NCBI GenBank assembly: GCA_902519845.1
Contig: CABYLQ010000001.1
Span: 345,808-409,807 of the forward strand
Length of the DNA stretch: 64,000 nt
Direction of reading: 5' to 3'
Source: an uncultured Candidatus Actinomarina sp.
Lineage (GTDB): Bacteria > Actinomycetota > Acidimicrobiia > Actinomarinales > Actinomarinaceae
Shown: in pieces, positions 8,283 to 17,200 of the stretch
Layout of the letters: every line of letters starts with the position of its first letter
How positions within the stretch are numbered: position 1 is the stretch's first letter
Made by a program: the position numbers and the translations under genes
The notes under the pieces: model-generated
What the model was told of the DNA's origin: nothing
The model's input: the letters and a program-made list of their open reading frames with translations, nothing else
The model's database searches: none

Positions 8283-10544
8283 ATGGATTTATCAGTAACA
8301 CCAGCAAGTTTAGTTTCCTCGGTTTATGAAAAATTAACCGAGAATATAAACAGTTTAAGGGCAAGAAAAGATGCCCCTCTTACTCTTGCTGAAAAACTTC
8401 TTTTTGGACATGCAACAGACATTTCATCTGTTTCTTTGAATAAAGGTGAAGATTATGGAGATTTTGCTCCAGATAGAGTCGCCATGCAAGATGCAACAGC
8501 TCAGATGGCTTTATTACAATTTATGCAAGCAGATTTACCTGAAACAGCAGTACCAACAACTGTCCACTGTGACCATTTAATTCAAGCATATGAGGGTGCA
8601 AGTACGGATCTTCAAGTTGCAAACAAAACACATAAAGAGGTTTTTGATTTTCTAAGAACTGCTTCAGAAAAGTATGAAATAGGATTCTGGGGACCAGGGG
8701 CTGGAATTATTCACCAGGTTGTTCTCGAACAATATGCATTTCCTGGAGGAATGATGATTGGTACTGACAGCCACACACCTAATGCTGGGGGATTATCAAT
8801 GATCGCCATAGGAGTCGGAGGTGCTGACGCTGTTGATGTCATGGCTGGTATGCCATTTAATACAAAGATTCCAAGTTTGATTGGTGTTAAATTAACAGGA
8901 TCATTGAGCGGCTGGACGTCACCAAAAGATATTATTTTGAAAGTAGCAGAAATTCTCACTGTTAAGGGAGCTACAAATGCAATAGTTGAATACTTTGGCG
9001 AGGGAACTCAAACTATTTCAACTACTGGTAAAGCAACCATTACAAATATGGGTGCAGAAATTGGTGCAACATGTTCAATTTTTCCATACGATGAAAAAGG
9101 AAGCGATTACCTAAAAGCTACCGGTAGAGAAGAGATAGCTGAATTAGCAAATTCTAGAATGGACTTACTAACTGCTGATGAAGAAGTTTTCAAAAATCCG
9201 AAACACTTTTTTAATCAAGTTATTGAAATTAATCTTGATGAACTAGAACCACATATTGTTGGACCGCACACGCCTGATCTAGCACGCCCTATCTCTGGAT
9301 TAAAAGAAGATGCAAACGCAAACGACTATCCACTTAAGATTTCTAGTGCATTGATTGGATCATGTACAAACTCATCCTATGAAGATATTGGAAGAGCTGC
9401 ATTTATTGCTAGAGAAGCTGCAAAGCATGGTTTAAAAGCAAAAGTTCCTTTAATGGTTACTCCTGGATCTGAACAAACAAGAGCTACGATTGAGCGTGAT
9501 GGCTATCTTAAAGACTTAGAGGCAATTGGTGCAACAGTCCTTGCCAACGCATGTGGTCCTTGCATTGGACAGTGGAAAAGAGATGACATAAAAGAAGGGG
9601 AGAGTAATTCAATTGTTTCATCATTTAATAGAAACTTCCCTGCAAGAAATGATGGTAACGCAGAAACGTTATCTTTTATTGGATCTCCAGAAACAGTAAT
9701 AGGACTGGCCCTTGGAGGCACGCTAGATTTCAACTTTCTTGATGATACTTTAACAAGTAAAGATGGTGAAGAGATAACACTCAATCCACCAATTGCAGAT
9801 GAATTACCTGATAAAGGATTTGAAGAAACTTTAGAGGGATTTATTCAACCTACACCAGGTGATGATGTAGAGGTGGTAATTGATCCTGAATCAAATAGAT
9901 TACAAAGACTAACTCCTTTTGAAGCACCTAATGAAGGTGAATACGAATCAATGAGTGTATTAATGAAAGCAGAAGGAAAATGTACAACTGATCATATATC
10001 ACCAGCCGGTAAGTGGCTGCAATTTCGAGGTCACCTAGAGAACATTTCTCAAAACTTATTTAATGGAGTGAATAATGCTTTCGCAGAAAATGCTGGCGAT
10101 GGAGTAAATGTTTTGACAAAAGAAGTTGATACGTTACCAAATATTGCAAAAAATTATCATGCTGAGAATGTTAGCTGGGTTGCAGTCGGTGATGAAAACT
10201 ATGGAGAGGGATCTTCAAGAGAGCATGCAGCAATGGAGCCAAGATTTAGAGGATGCAAAGTAGTTCTGGTAAAAAGCTTTGCAAGGATTCATGAAGCAAA
10301 CTTGAAGAAACAAGGTATCTTGCCTTTAGTTTTTGATGATAAAAATGATTATGAAAAAATTGAACAATTCGACAAAATGACAATAAAGAGTCTTAGCGAT
10401 ATAAAAGTAGATACACCAATAGAGATTGTCTTAGAGAAAGAAAACGGGGAGCAAGAAACCATTAAAGCCAATCACTCTTTATCTTCTGATCAAATATCGT
10501 GGTTTTTTGCTGGTTCTGCATTAAATTACATCAAATCTAAATAA
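8283..10544 (+). CDS. acn: Aconitate hydratase, mitochondrial-type (mAcn-like, ~754 aa) rather than the long AcnA form
   Basis: N-terminal PLTLAEKLLFGH...RVAMQDATAQMALLQF...VHCDHLI; Fe-S ligand regions (IGSCTNSSYED; ANACGPCIGQW); SRN-type substrate motif region. The preferred start is the ATG at 8283 (the ORF table used TTG at 8280). Confidence 0.88.
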   Translation: MDLSVTPASLVSSVYEKLTENINSLRARKDAPLTLAEKLLFGHATDISSVSLNKGEDYGDFAPDRVAMQDATAQMALLQFMQADLPETAVPTTVHCDHLIQAYEGASTDLQVANKTHKEVFDFLRTASEKYEIGFWGPGAGIIHQVVLEQYAFPGGMMIGTDSHTPNAGGLSMIAIGVGGADAVDVMAGMPFNTKIPSLIGVKLTGSLSGWTSPKDIILKVAEILTVKGATNAIVEYFGEGTQTISTTGKATITNMGAEIGATCSIFPYDEKGSDYLKATGREEIAELANSRMDLLTADEEVFKNPKHFFNQVIEINLDELEPHIVGPHTPDLARPISGLKEDANANDYPLKISSALIGSCTNSSYEDIGRAAFIAREAAKHGLKAKVPLMVTPGSEQTRATIERDGYLKDLEAIGATVLANACGPCIGQWKRDDIKEGESNSIVSSFNRNFPARNDGNAETLSFIGSPETVIGLALGGTLDFNFLDDTLTSKDGEEITLNPPIADELPDKGFEETLEGFIQPTPGDDVEVVIDPESNRLQRLTPFEAPNEGEYESMSVLMKAEGKCTTDHISPAGKWLQFRGHLENISQNLFNGVNNAFAENAGDGVNVLTKEVDTLPNIAKNYHAENVSWVAVGDENYGEGSSREHAAMEPRFRGCKVVLVKSFARIHEANLKKQGILPLVFDDKNDYEKIEQFDKMTIKSLSDIKVDTPIEIVLEKENGEQETIKANHSLSSDQISWFFAGSALNYIKSK

Positions 10545-11195
10545 ATGGATAGCATCTCTGACAAAGTTAAAAAGATAAGAGTTGAGTATGAAGACAAGCC
10601 ACTCAATTTAGAAGACCTCAATCAAGATCCATTAGAACAATTCAATGCATGGTTTCAAATTGCTATCGACGCTGAAGTAAATGAGGCAAACGCTATGGCT
10701 ATATCGACTATAACTCAAGAAGGAACACCAAGGTCTCGCTATGTACTGTTTAAAGATATTGTCGATGATAAATTAGTTTTTTACTCCGATTATCAAAGCA
10801 GTAAGGGTAAAGAGATGGATAACAATCCAAATATTTCTGGATTATTCTTCTGGCCTGAACTCCACCGTCAAATAAGGCTTGAAGGTATTATCTCGAAGAC
10901 TTCAGATGAAGTTTCTGACAACTACTTTGCTTCCAGGCCAAGAGGTGCACAATTGAGTGCAATAGCATCCAGTCAAAGTTCTGAAATAAAAGGACGAGAA
11001 ACAGTTGAAGAGAAAATTCAAGAATTAGAAAAAGAATTCGAAGGAAAAGATATACCAAGACCTGATAACTGGGGTGGATATGCCATTGATATAAGTTTTT
11101 GGGAGTTTTGGCAGGGAAGAAGAAGCAGAACCCATGATCGCTTTATTTACGTTAAAAATGATAATTCATGGGAAATAACTAGACTATCACCTTAA
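10545..11195 (+). CDS. pdxH: Pyridoxamine 5'-phosphate oxidase
   Basis: 216 aa. C-terminal signature WGGYAIDISFWEFWQGRRSRTHDRFIY matches the PdxH FMN-binding motif. Confidence 0.85.
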   Translation: MDSISDKVKKIRVEYEDKPLNLEDLNQDPLEQFNAWFQIAIDAEVNEANAMAISTITQEGTPRSRYVLFKDIVDDKLVFYSDYQSSKGKEMDNNPNISGLFFWPELHRQIRLEGIISKTSDEVSDNYFASRPRGAQLSAIASSQSSEIKGRETVEEKIQELEKEFEGKDIPRPDNWGGYAIDISFWEFWQGRRSRTHDRFIYVKNDNSWEITRLSP

Positions 11196-11206
11196 GAAAA
11201 AGTTTT

Positions 11207-11875
11207 ATGAGAGATATCAAAGTAACCAAGAATTTTATTAAATCTGAAAATACATCAGTTCTCTATGAGTCAGGTAATACAAAAGTATTAATAACAGTCT
11301 CTATTTCAGATAGAGTTCCAAGATGGCTTGAAAACTCAGATAAGGGCTGGATTACAGCTGAATATAACATGTTGCCTGGCTCATCTGATCAAAGAGTTTC
11401 ACGAAAATCTTTCGAAGGGGGAAGGTCAAAAGAAATATCAAGACTAATTGGAAGATCACTTCGATCTGTATGTGACCTTGGAATATTAAATGGATACTCA
11501 ATCACAGTCGACTGCGATGTTCTTGATGCAGATGGAGGAACAAGAACAGCATCAATCAATGGTGCATGGATTGCACTTAATGAGACTTTCAATAACCTTG
11601 TTGATCAAAAAAAATTAATTCAAAACCCCTTAACAAACCAAATTGCTGCGTTGTCAGTTGGAATAGTTGATGGAGATTTTATTGCTGATTTAGATTATGA
11701 AAAAGATTCAAGTGCCCAAGTAGATTTAAATCTTGTACTAAATGACAATTATGAGATATTAGAAATTCAAGGAACTGCTGAGCAAAAGCCATTTTCTAAA
11801 GAAGACTTAGATAAACTTTTTGAAATGACCAAAGAAGAGGTTAATAAAGTCTTTGATGTACAAAAGAATGTATGA
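11207..11875 (+). CDS. rph: Ribonuclease PH
   Basis: 222 aa. RNase PH motifs (TAEYNMLPGSS; CDVLDADGGTRTASINGAWIAL). Confidence 0.9.
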   Translation: MRDIKVTKNFIKSENTSVLYESGNTKVLITVSISDRVPRWLENSDKGWITAEYNMLPGSSDQRVSRKSFEGGRSKEISRLIGRSLRSVCDLGILNGYSITVDCDVLDADGGTRTASINGAWIALNETFNNLVDQKKLIQNPLTNQIAALSVGIVDGDFIADLDYEKDSSAQVDLNLVLNDNYEILEIQGTAEQKPFSKEDLDKLFEMTKEEVNKVFDVQKNV

Positions 11876-12444
11876 AAATCTTATTAGCGAGTAAAAATAA
11901 GAACAAGTTCAAAGAAATAAAAGAGATTTTTAAAGATTCAAAATTTGAAATAATATTTGATGACGACCTTGAAGATGTGGTTGAAGATAAAGATACTATC
12001 TTAGGGAACGCTCAAAAAAAATCAGAAGAAATTTTTCTTAAGCATAACATTCCTGTCCTTTCTGATGACTCAGGACTATTTGTAGAAGAATTAGGAAATC
12101 TACCTGGAGTCTCAACTGCTCGATACGCAGGGGAGAATGCTTCAGACCAAGAAAACATCGAAAAGATGTTGAAAAATTTATCAAATGAAGAAAATAGAAA
12201 GGCTTTTTTTAAAACGGTCATATATTTTTTTGATGGAGAAACCAGGTTAGATACTGAAGGAATATTAAATGGTCAAATAACTACGACTCCCCGAGGTAAC
12301 AATGGTTTTGGATACGATCCTATTTTTGAAATAGACGGATCAACCCTGGCAGAGTTAAGTTTTGAGCAAAAGACTGACATAAGTCATAGAAAAATTGCTG
12401 CAAAAAAAATGTGTGATTTGTTAACAGATACTTTTGCAGAATAA
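11872..12444 (+). CDS. rdgB: Non-canonical purine NTP pyrophosphatase (RdgB/Ham1 family)
   Basis: 190 aa. MKILLASKNKNKFKEI...GNNGFGYDPIF are Ham1-family signatures. Overlaps the rph stop by 4 nt. Confidence 0.85.
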   Translation: MKILLASKNKNKFKEIKEIFKDSKFEIIFDDDLEDVVEDKDTILGNAQKKSEEIFLKHNIPVLSDDSGLFVEELGNLPGVSTARYAGENASDQENIEKMLKNLSNEENRKAFFKTVIYFFDGETRLDTEGILNGQITTTPRGNNGFGYDPIFEIDGSTLAELSFEQKTDISHRKIAAKKMCDLLTDTFAE

Positions 12445-12456
12445 ATATTTTTTGTG

Positions 12457-12484
12457 TAGACAAGCTAATAAACGAAACTATTAT
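12457..12484 (+). promoter_or_regulatory. Candidate sigma70-type promoter (TAGACA-N16-TATTAT) placed so that transcription would begin at or next to the ATG of a leader ORF (leaderless)
   Basis: Read from sequence: tagaca (12457-12462), 16-nt spacer, tattat (12479-12484), then gaattc and ATG at 12491. Motif match only. Confidence 0.35.
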
Positions 12485-12490
12485 GAATTC

Positions 12491-12517
12491 ATGATTAATT
12501 TCATAATTATTATTTAA
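12491..12517 (+). CDS. Putative leader peptide MINFIIII (8 codons, 5 Ile) upstream of cimA
   Basis: atg att aat ttc ata att att att taa. The stop lies 1 nt before a perfect 9-bp hairpin. The downstream gene is the first enzyme of the citramalate route to isoleucine. Caveat: ATT runs are common in AT-rich DNA. Confidence 0.4.
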   Translation: MINFIIII

Positions 12518-12518
12518 G

Positions 12519-12566
12519 AACAACGAACTTTTCGTTGTTACCCTTGCGTTGCAGGGGTTTTTTTTT
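12519..12566 (+). terminator. Two tandem hairpins ending in a T9 tract: a perfect 9-bp stem (aacaacgaa/ttcgttgtt), then cccttgc-gtt-gcagggg plus TTTTTTTTT. Intrinsic terminator/attenuator ending 12 nt before the cimA ATG
   Basis: Complementarity read directly from the sequence. The GC-rich 7-bp stem (one G.U pair) plus U-run is a classical Rho-independent terminator. It may also terminate rdgB. Confidence 0.55.
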
Positions 12567-12578
12567 GGAAGAAGAAGA

Positions 12579-14141
12579 ATGAAGATAGACATATTTGATA
12601 CGACACTAAGAGATGGCTTTCAGCAAGAAGGCATATCACCGTCTGTAAAAGATAAATTAGCTATTGCAAAGCTAATTGATGAACTGGGTGTTGATTTTAT
12701 CGAAGGTGGTTGGCCTGGGGCATCGCCAAAAGAGAAAGAGTTTTTTGATACAGCAAAGAAAGATTTGAATTTAAACAATGCAAAATTAGTTAGTTTTGGA
12801 TCTACACGTAAATTAAATACCAAAGTTGAAGAAGATCCACAAGTTCAAGCATTAATTGATTCAGAAACTGAATATGTCTGTATTGTTGGAAAATCCTCAA
12901 ATCTGCACATCACTAAAGCTTTAGAGACGGATGTAGACAATGCTATCTCAATGGCAGTAGACACTGTGAGATTCTTGAAGGAAAATAATCGAAAAGTATT
13001 TTTTGATGCAGAACATTTTTTTGATGGTTTAAAAGAGAATGCAGAAGTGACTCTAAAAATCCTCGATTTAGTTGTCAAAGAAGGTGTTGAGTGTTTCATC
13101 TTTTGTGATACAAACGGAGGAACTCTTCCACATGAGGTTACGGAACTTTTAAATCCAATAATTGAGAAATATCCAAATCAAGAATTTGGTGTTCATTTTC
13201 AAAATGACAATGGCTGTGCAGTCACCAATTCTTTGGCAGCTGTAAATTTAGGTGTAAAGCACGTACAAGGAACAATGAACGGTTATGGGGAGAGAACAGG
13301 AAATGCAGATTTATGTACTTTGTTACCAAATCTATCTCTCAAGATGAATCTAGAAACAGTTCCTGAAAAGTCTCTTGAAAAATTAACTCCTATTGCTAAT
13401 CACATTGCAGAACTTGTAAATATTGCAATAGACTCAAGACATCCATATGTTGGGTCATCAGCATTTACTCATAAGGCAGGGTTGCATGCATCAGGTATGT
13501 CAAAAGATAATACATTATATGAACATATCAATGCAAGCCAAGTAGGAAACTATACAAGAACTACAGTTTCTGAGTTAGCTGGTAGAGCAAGTGTCATTAC
13601 AAAAGCAAAAGAATTTAATATTGAGTTTTCAAACGATGAAGCCAAAAATTTGATTGAACAAGTACAAAACTTAGAATATGAAGGTTTTCAATATGAGGCT
13701 GCTGATGCATCTTTATATTTATTGATGAAAAAAATTAAAGGTGAAGAACCAGAATTTTTTTCTTTTGAGAGTTTTCGAGTTTATTCCGAAAGAAGAAATT
13801 CACAGAATGTAGTCTCCGAAGCAGTTTGTAAGATTACTGTTGAAGAAAACAGATTTGTAACAACTGGTGAAGGAGTAGGACCTGTTGATGCACTGAATAA
13901 AGCATTGAAATCTGCCTTAAAAAATAACTATTCTGATGTAGATAAGATTAAATTAACTGATTATAAAGTAAGAATTATTGATTCATCAGATGGTACGGAA
14001 GCAAAAACAAGAGTACTAGTTGAGTTTACGGATGGTGAGATGATTTGGAGCACAATCGGTGTGCATGAAAATATTATCAACGCATCTTGGAATGCCTTGT
14101 GTGATGGTTTTAATTATTATTTTATGGAAAGTTCATCGTAA
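12579..14141 (+). CDS. cimA: (R)-citramalate synthase of the LeuA/HMGL family (CimA-type; 2-isopropylmalate synthase homologue)
   Basis: DTTLRDGFQ HMGL-like motif; IEGGWPGASPKEKEFF and SFGSTRK resemble Geobacter/Leptospira-type CimA; C-terminal LeuA-dimer regulatory domain (GEGVGPVDALNKAL). The preferred start is ATG 12579 after an RBS-like ggaagaaga. Confidence 0.75.
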   Translation: MKIDIFDTTLRDGFQQEGISPSVKDKLAIAKLIDELGVDFIEGGWPGASPKEKEFFDTAKKDLNLNNAKLVSFGSTRKLNTKVEEDPQVQALIDSETEYVCIVGKSSNLHITKALETDVDNAISMAVDTVRFLKENNRKVFFDAEHFFDGLKENAEVTLKILDLVVKEGVECFIFCDTNGGTLPHEVTELLNPIIEKYPNQEFGVHFQNDNGCAVTNSLAAVNLGVKHVQGTMNGYGERTGNADLCTLLPNLSLKMNLETVPEKSLEKLTPIANHIAELVNIAIDSRHPYVGSSAFTHKAGLHASGMSKDNTLYEHINASQVGNYTRTTVSELAGRASVITKAKEFNIEFSNDEAKNLIEQVQNLEYEGFQYEAADASLYLLMKKIKGEEPEFFSFESFRVYSERRNSQNVVSEAVCKITVEENRFVTTGEGVGPVDALNKALKSALKNNYSDVDKIKLTDYKVRIIDSSDGTEAKTRVLVEFTDGEMIWSTIGVHENIINASWNALCDGFNYYFMESSS

Positions 14142-14171
14142 AATTTTTATAATTACCTTAGGTAATTAAAA

Positions 14172-16118
14172 ATGTCAGAAAAAATTGAAAATCTACTTGG
14201 GGAAAATAGAACTTTTGATCCACCTTCAAGTATTGTTGAAAACGCAAACGCTACTAAAGAATGGTTTGATTTAGCTGAGCAAGACAGATTAGCCTATTGG
14301 CAAAAACAGGCCCTTGAGAGAATTACTTGGTATAAAGAGCCAACCGAAATTTTAGATGATTCCAATTCACCTTTTTATCAATGGTTTAAAGATGGAGAAT
14401 TAAATCTATCTTATAACTGTCTAGATCGTCACTTAGAAACAGATGGAGACAGAGTTGCATTTTACTGGGAGGGAGAACCTGGAGACACTCAAGAGATTAC
14501 CTATCAAGATCTTTATGAGAGAGTTTGTAAATTATCCAATGGCTTAAAAGAGTTAGGAGTCAAAAAAGGGGATAGAATAGCAATTTATCTAGGCATGACA
14601 CCAGAGATCGTAATTTCAATGTTGGCATGTGCAAGAATAGGAGCTGTTCATTCAGTTGTTTTTGGTGGTTTCTCTGCTGAAGCATTAGCTGATCGTATAA
14701 ATGATGCAGAAGCAAAGGTGGTTATTACCGCTGATGGTGCATGGAGAAGGGGAGATATTGTCCCTTTAAAAAAGAATGTAGATGATTCATTAAAACTAAC
14801 AGACCATATTGAAAGTGTTGTAGTTGTAAAAAGAACTAATAATGACGTAGATATGGTTGAGGGATTAGATTATTGGTATCACGATTTAGTAGATAAACAA
14901 GATTCAACATGTGAACCAGAGGTCATGAATGCAGAAGATATGCTTTACATACTTTATACATCTGGCACTACCGCAAAACCAAAGGGAATAGTTCATACAC
15001 AGGCCGGATACCTTACCGGAGTAACTACTACACATTCGGCAGTTTTTGATGTAAAAGAGGATGATATATACTGGTGTGCTGCTGATTGTGGGTGGGTAAC
15101 TGGTCATAGCTATATTGTCTATGGTCCTCTTGCCAATAAGACAACGAGCGTTATGTATGAGGGAGCACCAAACGCTCCAGATGAAAAAAGATTGTGGAGT
15201 ATTGTTGAAAAATATAAAGTAAATATTTTTTACACAGCTCCAACTGCAATAAGAGCATTTATGAAGTGGGGAGTAGAACATCCTCAAGCACATGATTTAT
15301 CTTCTCTAAGGTTATTAGGAACAGTTGGAGAGCCAATTAATCCAGAAGCTTGGATGTGGTACCACGAAAATATTGGAAGCGAATCTTGTGCGATTGTTGA
15401 TACATGGTGGCAAACTGAAACAGGATCAATCATGATCACTCCACTTCCAGGTATCACCAGTACAAAACCAGGATCTGCTTGTGGACCGATGCCAGGAATT
15501 GATGCAATTGTTGTAGACGAAAAAGGAAACGAAGTTTCAAAAGGAGAAGGTGGATACCTTGCAATAAAAACACCATGGCCTTCAATGTTGAGAACAGTTT
15601 TTGGAGATGAAAAAAGATATATCGATACCTACTGGTCAAAATATGATGGAATGTATTTTGCAGGAGATGGTGCAAAATATGATGATGACGGATATTTCTG
15701 GTTACTTGGAAGAGTGGATGATGTAATGAATATATCAGGTCATAGGATATCAACAGCTGAGGTTGAAAGCGCCCTTGTTGCACATGAGTCTGTTGCAGAA
15801 GCTGCAGTAATTGGAAGAGCAGATGAAATTTCTGGAGAGGCAATTGCAGCTTTCGTAACCTTGATTGGTGGCTTTGAAGGAAATGATGAACTGATCACGA
15901 CTCTACGACAACATGTAAGTGATAAGATAGGACCTATCGCAAAACCAAAAAGTATTGTGATAACAAATGACCTTCCAAAAACAAGAAGTGGAAAAATAAT
16001 GAGAAGACTACTTAAAGATATTTCAGAGGAAAGAAAACTTGGAGATGTTACAACACTTGCAAATGCAGATATCGTTTCAGAATTACAAACCAGATCATCA
16101 GAGTCAGCTGATGAATGA
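14172..16118 (+). CDS. acs: Acetyl-coenzyme A synthetase (AMP-forming)
   Basis: 648 aa. Acs N-terminus (NRTFDPP...EWFD...YWQKQA), AMP-binding motif [11 protein letters not shown], and the C-terminal acetylation-site region ...[11 protein letters not shown]. Confidence 0.92.
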   Translation: MSEKIENLLGENRTFDPPSSIVENANATKEWFDLAEQDRLAYWQKQALERITWYKEPTEILDDSNSPFYQWFKDGELNLSYNCLDRHLETDGDRVAFYWEGEPGDTQEITYQDLYERVCKLSNGLKELGVKKGDRIAIYLGMTPEIVISMLACARIGAVHSVVFGGFSAEALADRINDAEAKVVITADGAWRRGDIVPLKKNVDDSLKLTDHIESVVVVKRTNNDVDMVEGLDYWYHDLVDKQDSTCEPEVMNAEDMLYILYTSGTTAKPKGIVHTQAGYLTGVTTTHSAVFDVKEDDIYWCAADCGWVTGHSYIVYGPLANKTTSVMYEGAPNAPDEKRLWSIVEKYKVNIFYTAPTAIRAFMKWGVEHPQAHDLSSLRLLGTVGEPINPEAWMWYHENIGSESCAIVDTWWQTETGSIMITPLPGITSTKPGSACGPMPGIDAIVVDEKGNEVSKGEGGYLAIKTPWPSMLRTVFGDEKRYIDTYWSKYDGMYFAGDGAKYDDDGYFWLLGRVDDVMNISGHRISTAEVESALVAHESVAEAAVIGRADEISGEAIAAFVTLIGGFEGNDELITTLRQHVSDKIGPIAKPKSIVITNDLPKTRSGKIMRRLLKDISEERKLGDVTTLANADIVSELQTRSSESADE

Positions 16119-16599
16119 AAGAACTCACTCATGGGAGACACCAAAGGATGTTGCTGAAACATTATTAAATCTAGACAAAGAAGACCGTCGAAAATTCTTG
16201 AGAGAGTACCCACCTGGTTCAACGGGTATCGGCTCGTTAATGGGATTCACAAAAATTGAAATAGATGATGATGGCCACACTTCTTTTTATTGCAAGGCTG
16301 AGGAATTTCACTATAACCCAATTGGTAGTGTGCATGGTGGTCTTGCAGCAACGCTTTTAGATTCCTGCAATAGTATCTCAGCACAATGCAATTTAGATAA
16401 AGGATTTATAGCTTTAACAACAGATATTAAAGTAAATTATTTGAGCCAGATCACAGTTGATACCGGTGAGATAGTAGCTACTGGTAAGATCGATAAATTA
16501 GGTAGAAAAGTCATTTTTGTATCTGGAGAACTTAAAGATATGAACGGTAAACTTTTGGCTACAGCATCCTCAACTGAACTTGTTGTTCAAATTTTCTAA
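16111..16599 (+). CDS. PaaI/4HBT-type hotdog-fold thioesterase (~162 aa)
   Basis: HGG motif ([15 protein letters not shown]), typical of the PaaI thioesterase family. Start ATG 16111 overlaps the acs stop by 8 nt (the ORF table entry 16039 overlaps acs further). Confidence 0.7.
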   Translation: MNERTHSWETPKDVAETLLNLDKEDRRKFLREYPPGSTGIGSLMGFTKIEIDDDGHTSFYCKAEEFHYNPIGSVHGGLAATLLDSCNSISAQCNLDKGFIALTTDIKVNYLSQITVDTGEIVATGKIDKLGRKVIFVSGELKDMNGKLLATASSTELVVQIF

Positions 16600-16606
16600 T
16601 TTTTAG

Positions 16607-16689
16607 TGCGGATGAGAGGACTCGAACCTCCACGAGCAAAGCTCACTAGATCCTAAATCTAGCGCGTCTACCAGTTCCGCCACATCCGC
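16607..16689 (-). tRNA. tRNA-Leu (anticodon TAG), 83 nt with long variable arm
   Basis: Hand-folded: acceptor GCGGATG/CATCCGC; anticodon loop ttTAGga; GGTTCGAGTCC T-arm. Confidence 0.8.
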
Positions 16690-16700
16690 TAAATGTCGCG

Positions 16701-16773
16701 TGGGTCGCCGGGGACTTGAACCCCGAACCTGCGGATTAAGAGTCCGTTGCTCTGCCAATTGAGCTAGCGACCC
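16701..16773 (-). tRNA. tRNA-Lys (anticodon CTT)
   Basis: Acceptor GGGTCGC/GCGACCC; anticodon loop ctCTTaa; T-arm GGTTCAAGTCC. Confidence 0.8.
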
Positions 16774-16868
16774 TTTTTACAGATTAACTTAACTAATAAT
16801 ACTTAACTATAAATTTTTTGATTTATTGTTTCCATAAAAGCGTTATCATGGAACAATAATTAGACGTG

Positions 16869-16943
16869 CGGGCTGTGGCTCAGCTTGGCTAGAGCGCCTG
16901 CTTTGGGAGCAGGAGGTCGTGAGTTCGAATCTCACCAGCCCGA
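16869..16943 (+). tRNA. tRNA-Pro (anticodon TGG)
   Basis: Acceptor CGGGCTG/CAGCCCG; anticodon stem CCTGC/GCAGG with loop ttTGGga; T-arm GTTCGAATC. Confidence 0.8.
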
Positions 16944-16948
16944 CTAGT

Positions 16949-17019
16949 GCGGGTGTAGCTTAATGGCAAAGCTCCAGCCTTCCAAGCTGGCTATGAGGGT
17001 TCGATTCCCTTCACCCGCT
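16949..17019 (+). tRNA. tRNA-Gly (anticodon TCC)
   Basis: Acceptor GCGGGTG/CACCCGC; anticodon loop ctTCCaa; T-arm GGTTCGATTCC. Confidence 0.8.
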
Positions 17020-17025
17020 CAAGAG

Positions 17026-17099
17026 GCTCTCGTAGCTCAAATGGATAGAGCAACAGACTTCTAATCTGTAGGTTATAGGTTCGAGTCCTATCGAGAGCG
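17026..17099 (+). tRNA. tRNA-Arg (anticodon TCT)
   Basis: Acceptor GCTCTCG/CGAGAGC; anticodon stem ACAGA/TCTGT with loop ctTCTaa; T-arm GGTTCGAGTCC. Confidence 0.8.
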
Positions 17100-17103
17100 C
17101 CGA

Positions 17104-17182
17104 GGTGATCGTAGCTCAGTTTGGTTAGAGCGCCTGGTTGTGGTCCAGGAGGTCGCGGGTTCAAATCCCGTCGGTCACCCCA
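17104..17182 (+). tRNA. tRNA-His (anticodon GTG) with encoded G-1 and encoded CCA
   Basis: Extra 5' G before acceptor GTGATCG/CGGTCAC; discriminator C73; anticodon stem CCTGG/CCAGG with loop ttGTGgt. Confidence 0.8.
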
Positions 17183-17200
17183 CCTTATTTAGGAGAAAAG

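Noticed and set aside
12485-12496. Perfect 10-bp palindrome atgaattcat (EcoRI-site core) at the leader start, as a possible operator
   Set aside because: It coincides with the predicted transcription start and leader-ORF ATG. The palindrome is short and AT-rich, and is more economically explained by chance than by a distinct binding site.
12320-12592. 90-aa minus-strand ORF spanning the rdgB-cimA intergenic region
   Set aside because: Antisense to the rdgB 3' end and the cimA leader. Its start would lie inside cimA. The region is better explained by the promoter, leader and terminator on the plus strand.
17138-17200. ORF-table start of trigger factor at 17138 (MWSRRSRVQIPSVTPPYLG...)
   Set aside because: Those 21 codons are the 3' half of tRNA-His read in a protein frame. 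The TTG at 17201 with an upstream aggag is the plausible start.
16600-17200. Looked for an integrase, transposase or direct repeats marking a mobile element at the tRNA cluster and at tRNA-Ala/Asn/Met
   Set aside because: No recombinase-like ORF and no duplicated tRNA 3' segment (att-like repeat) were visible in the window. The island assignments therefore rest only on gene content and tRNA adjacency.
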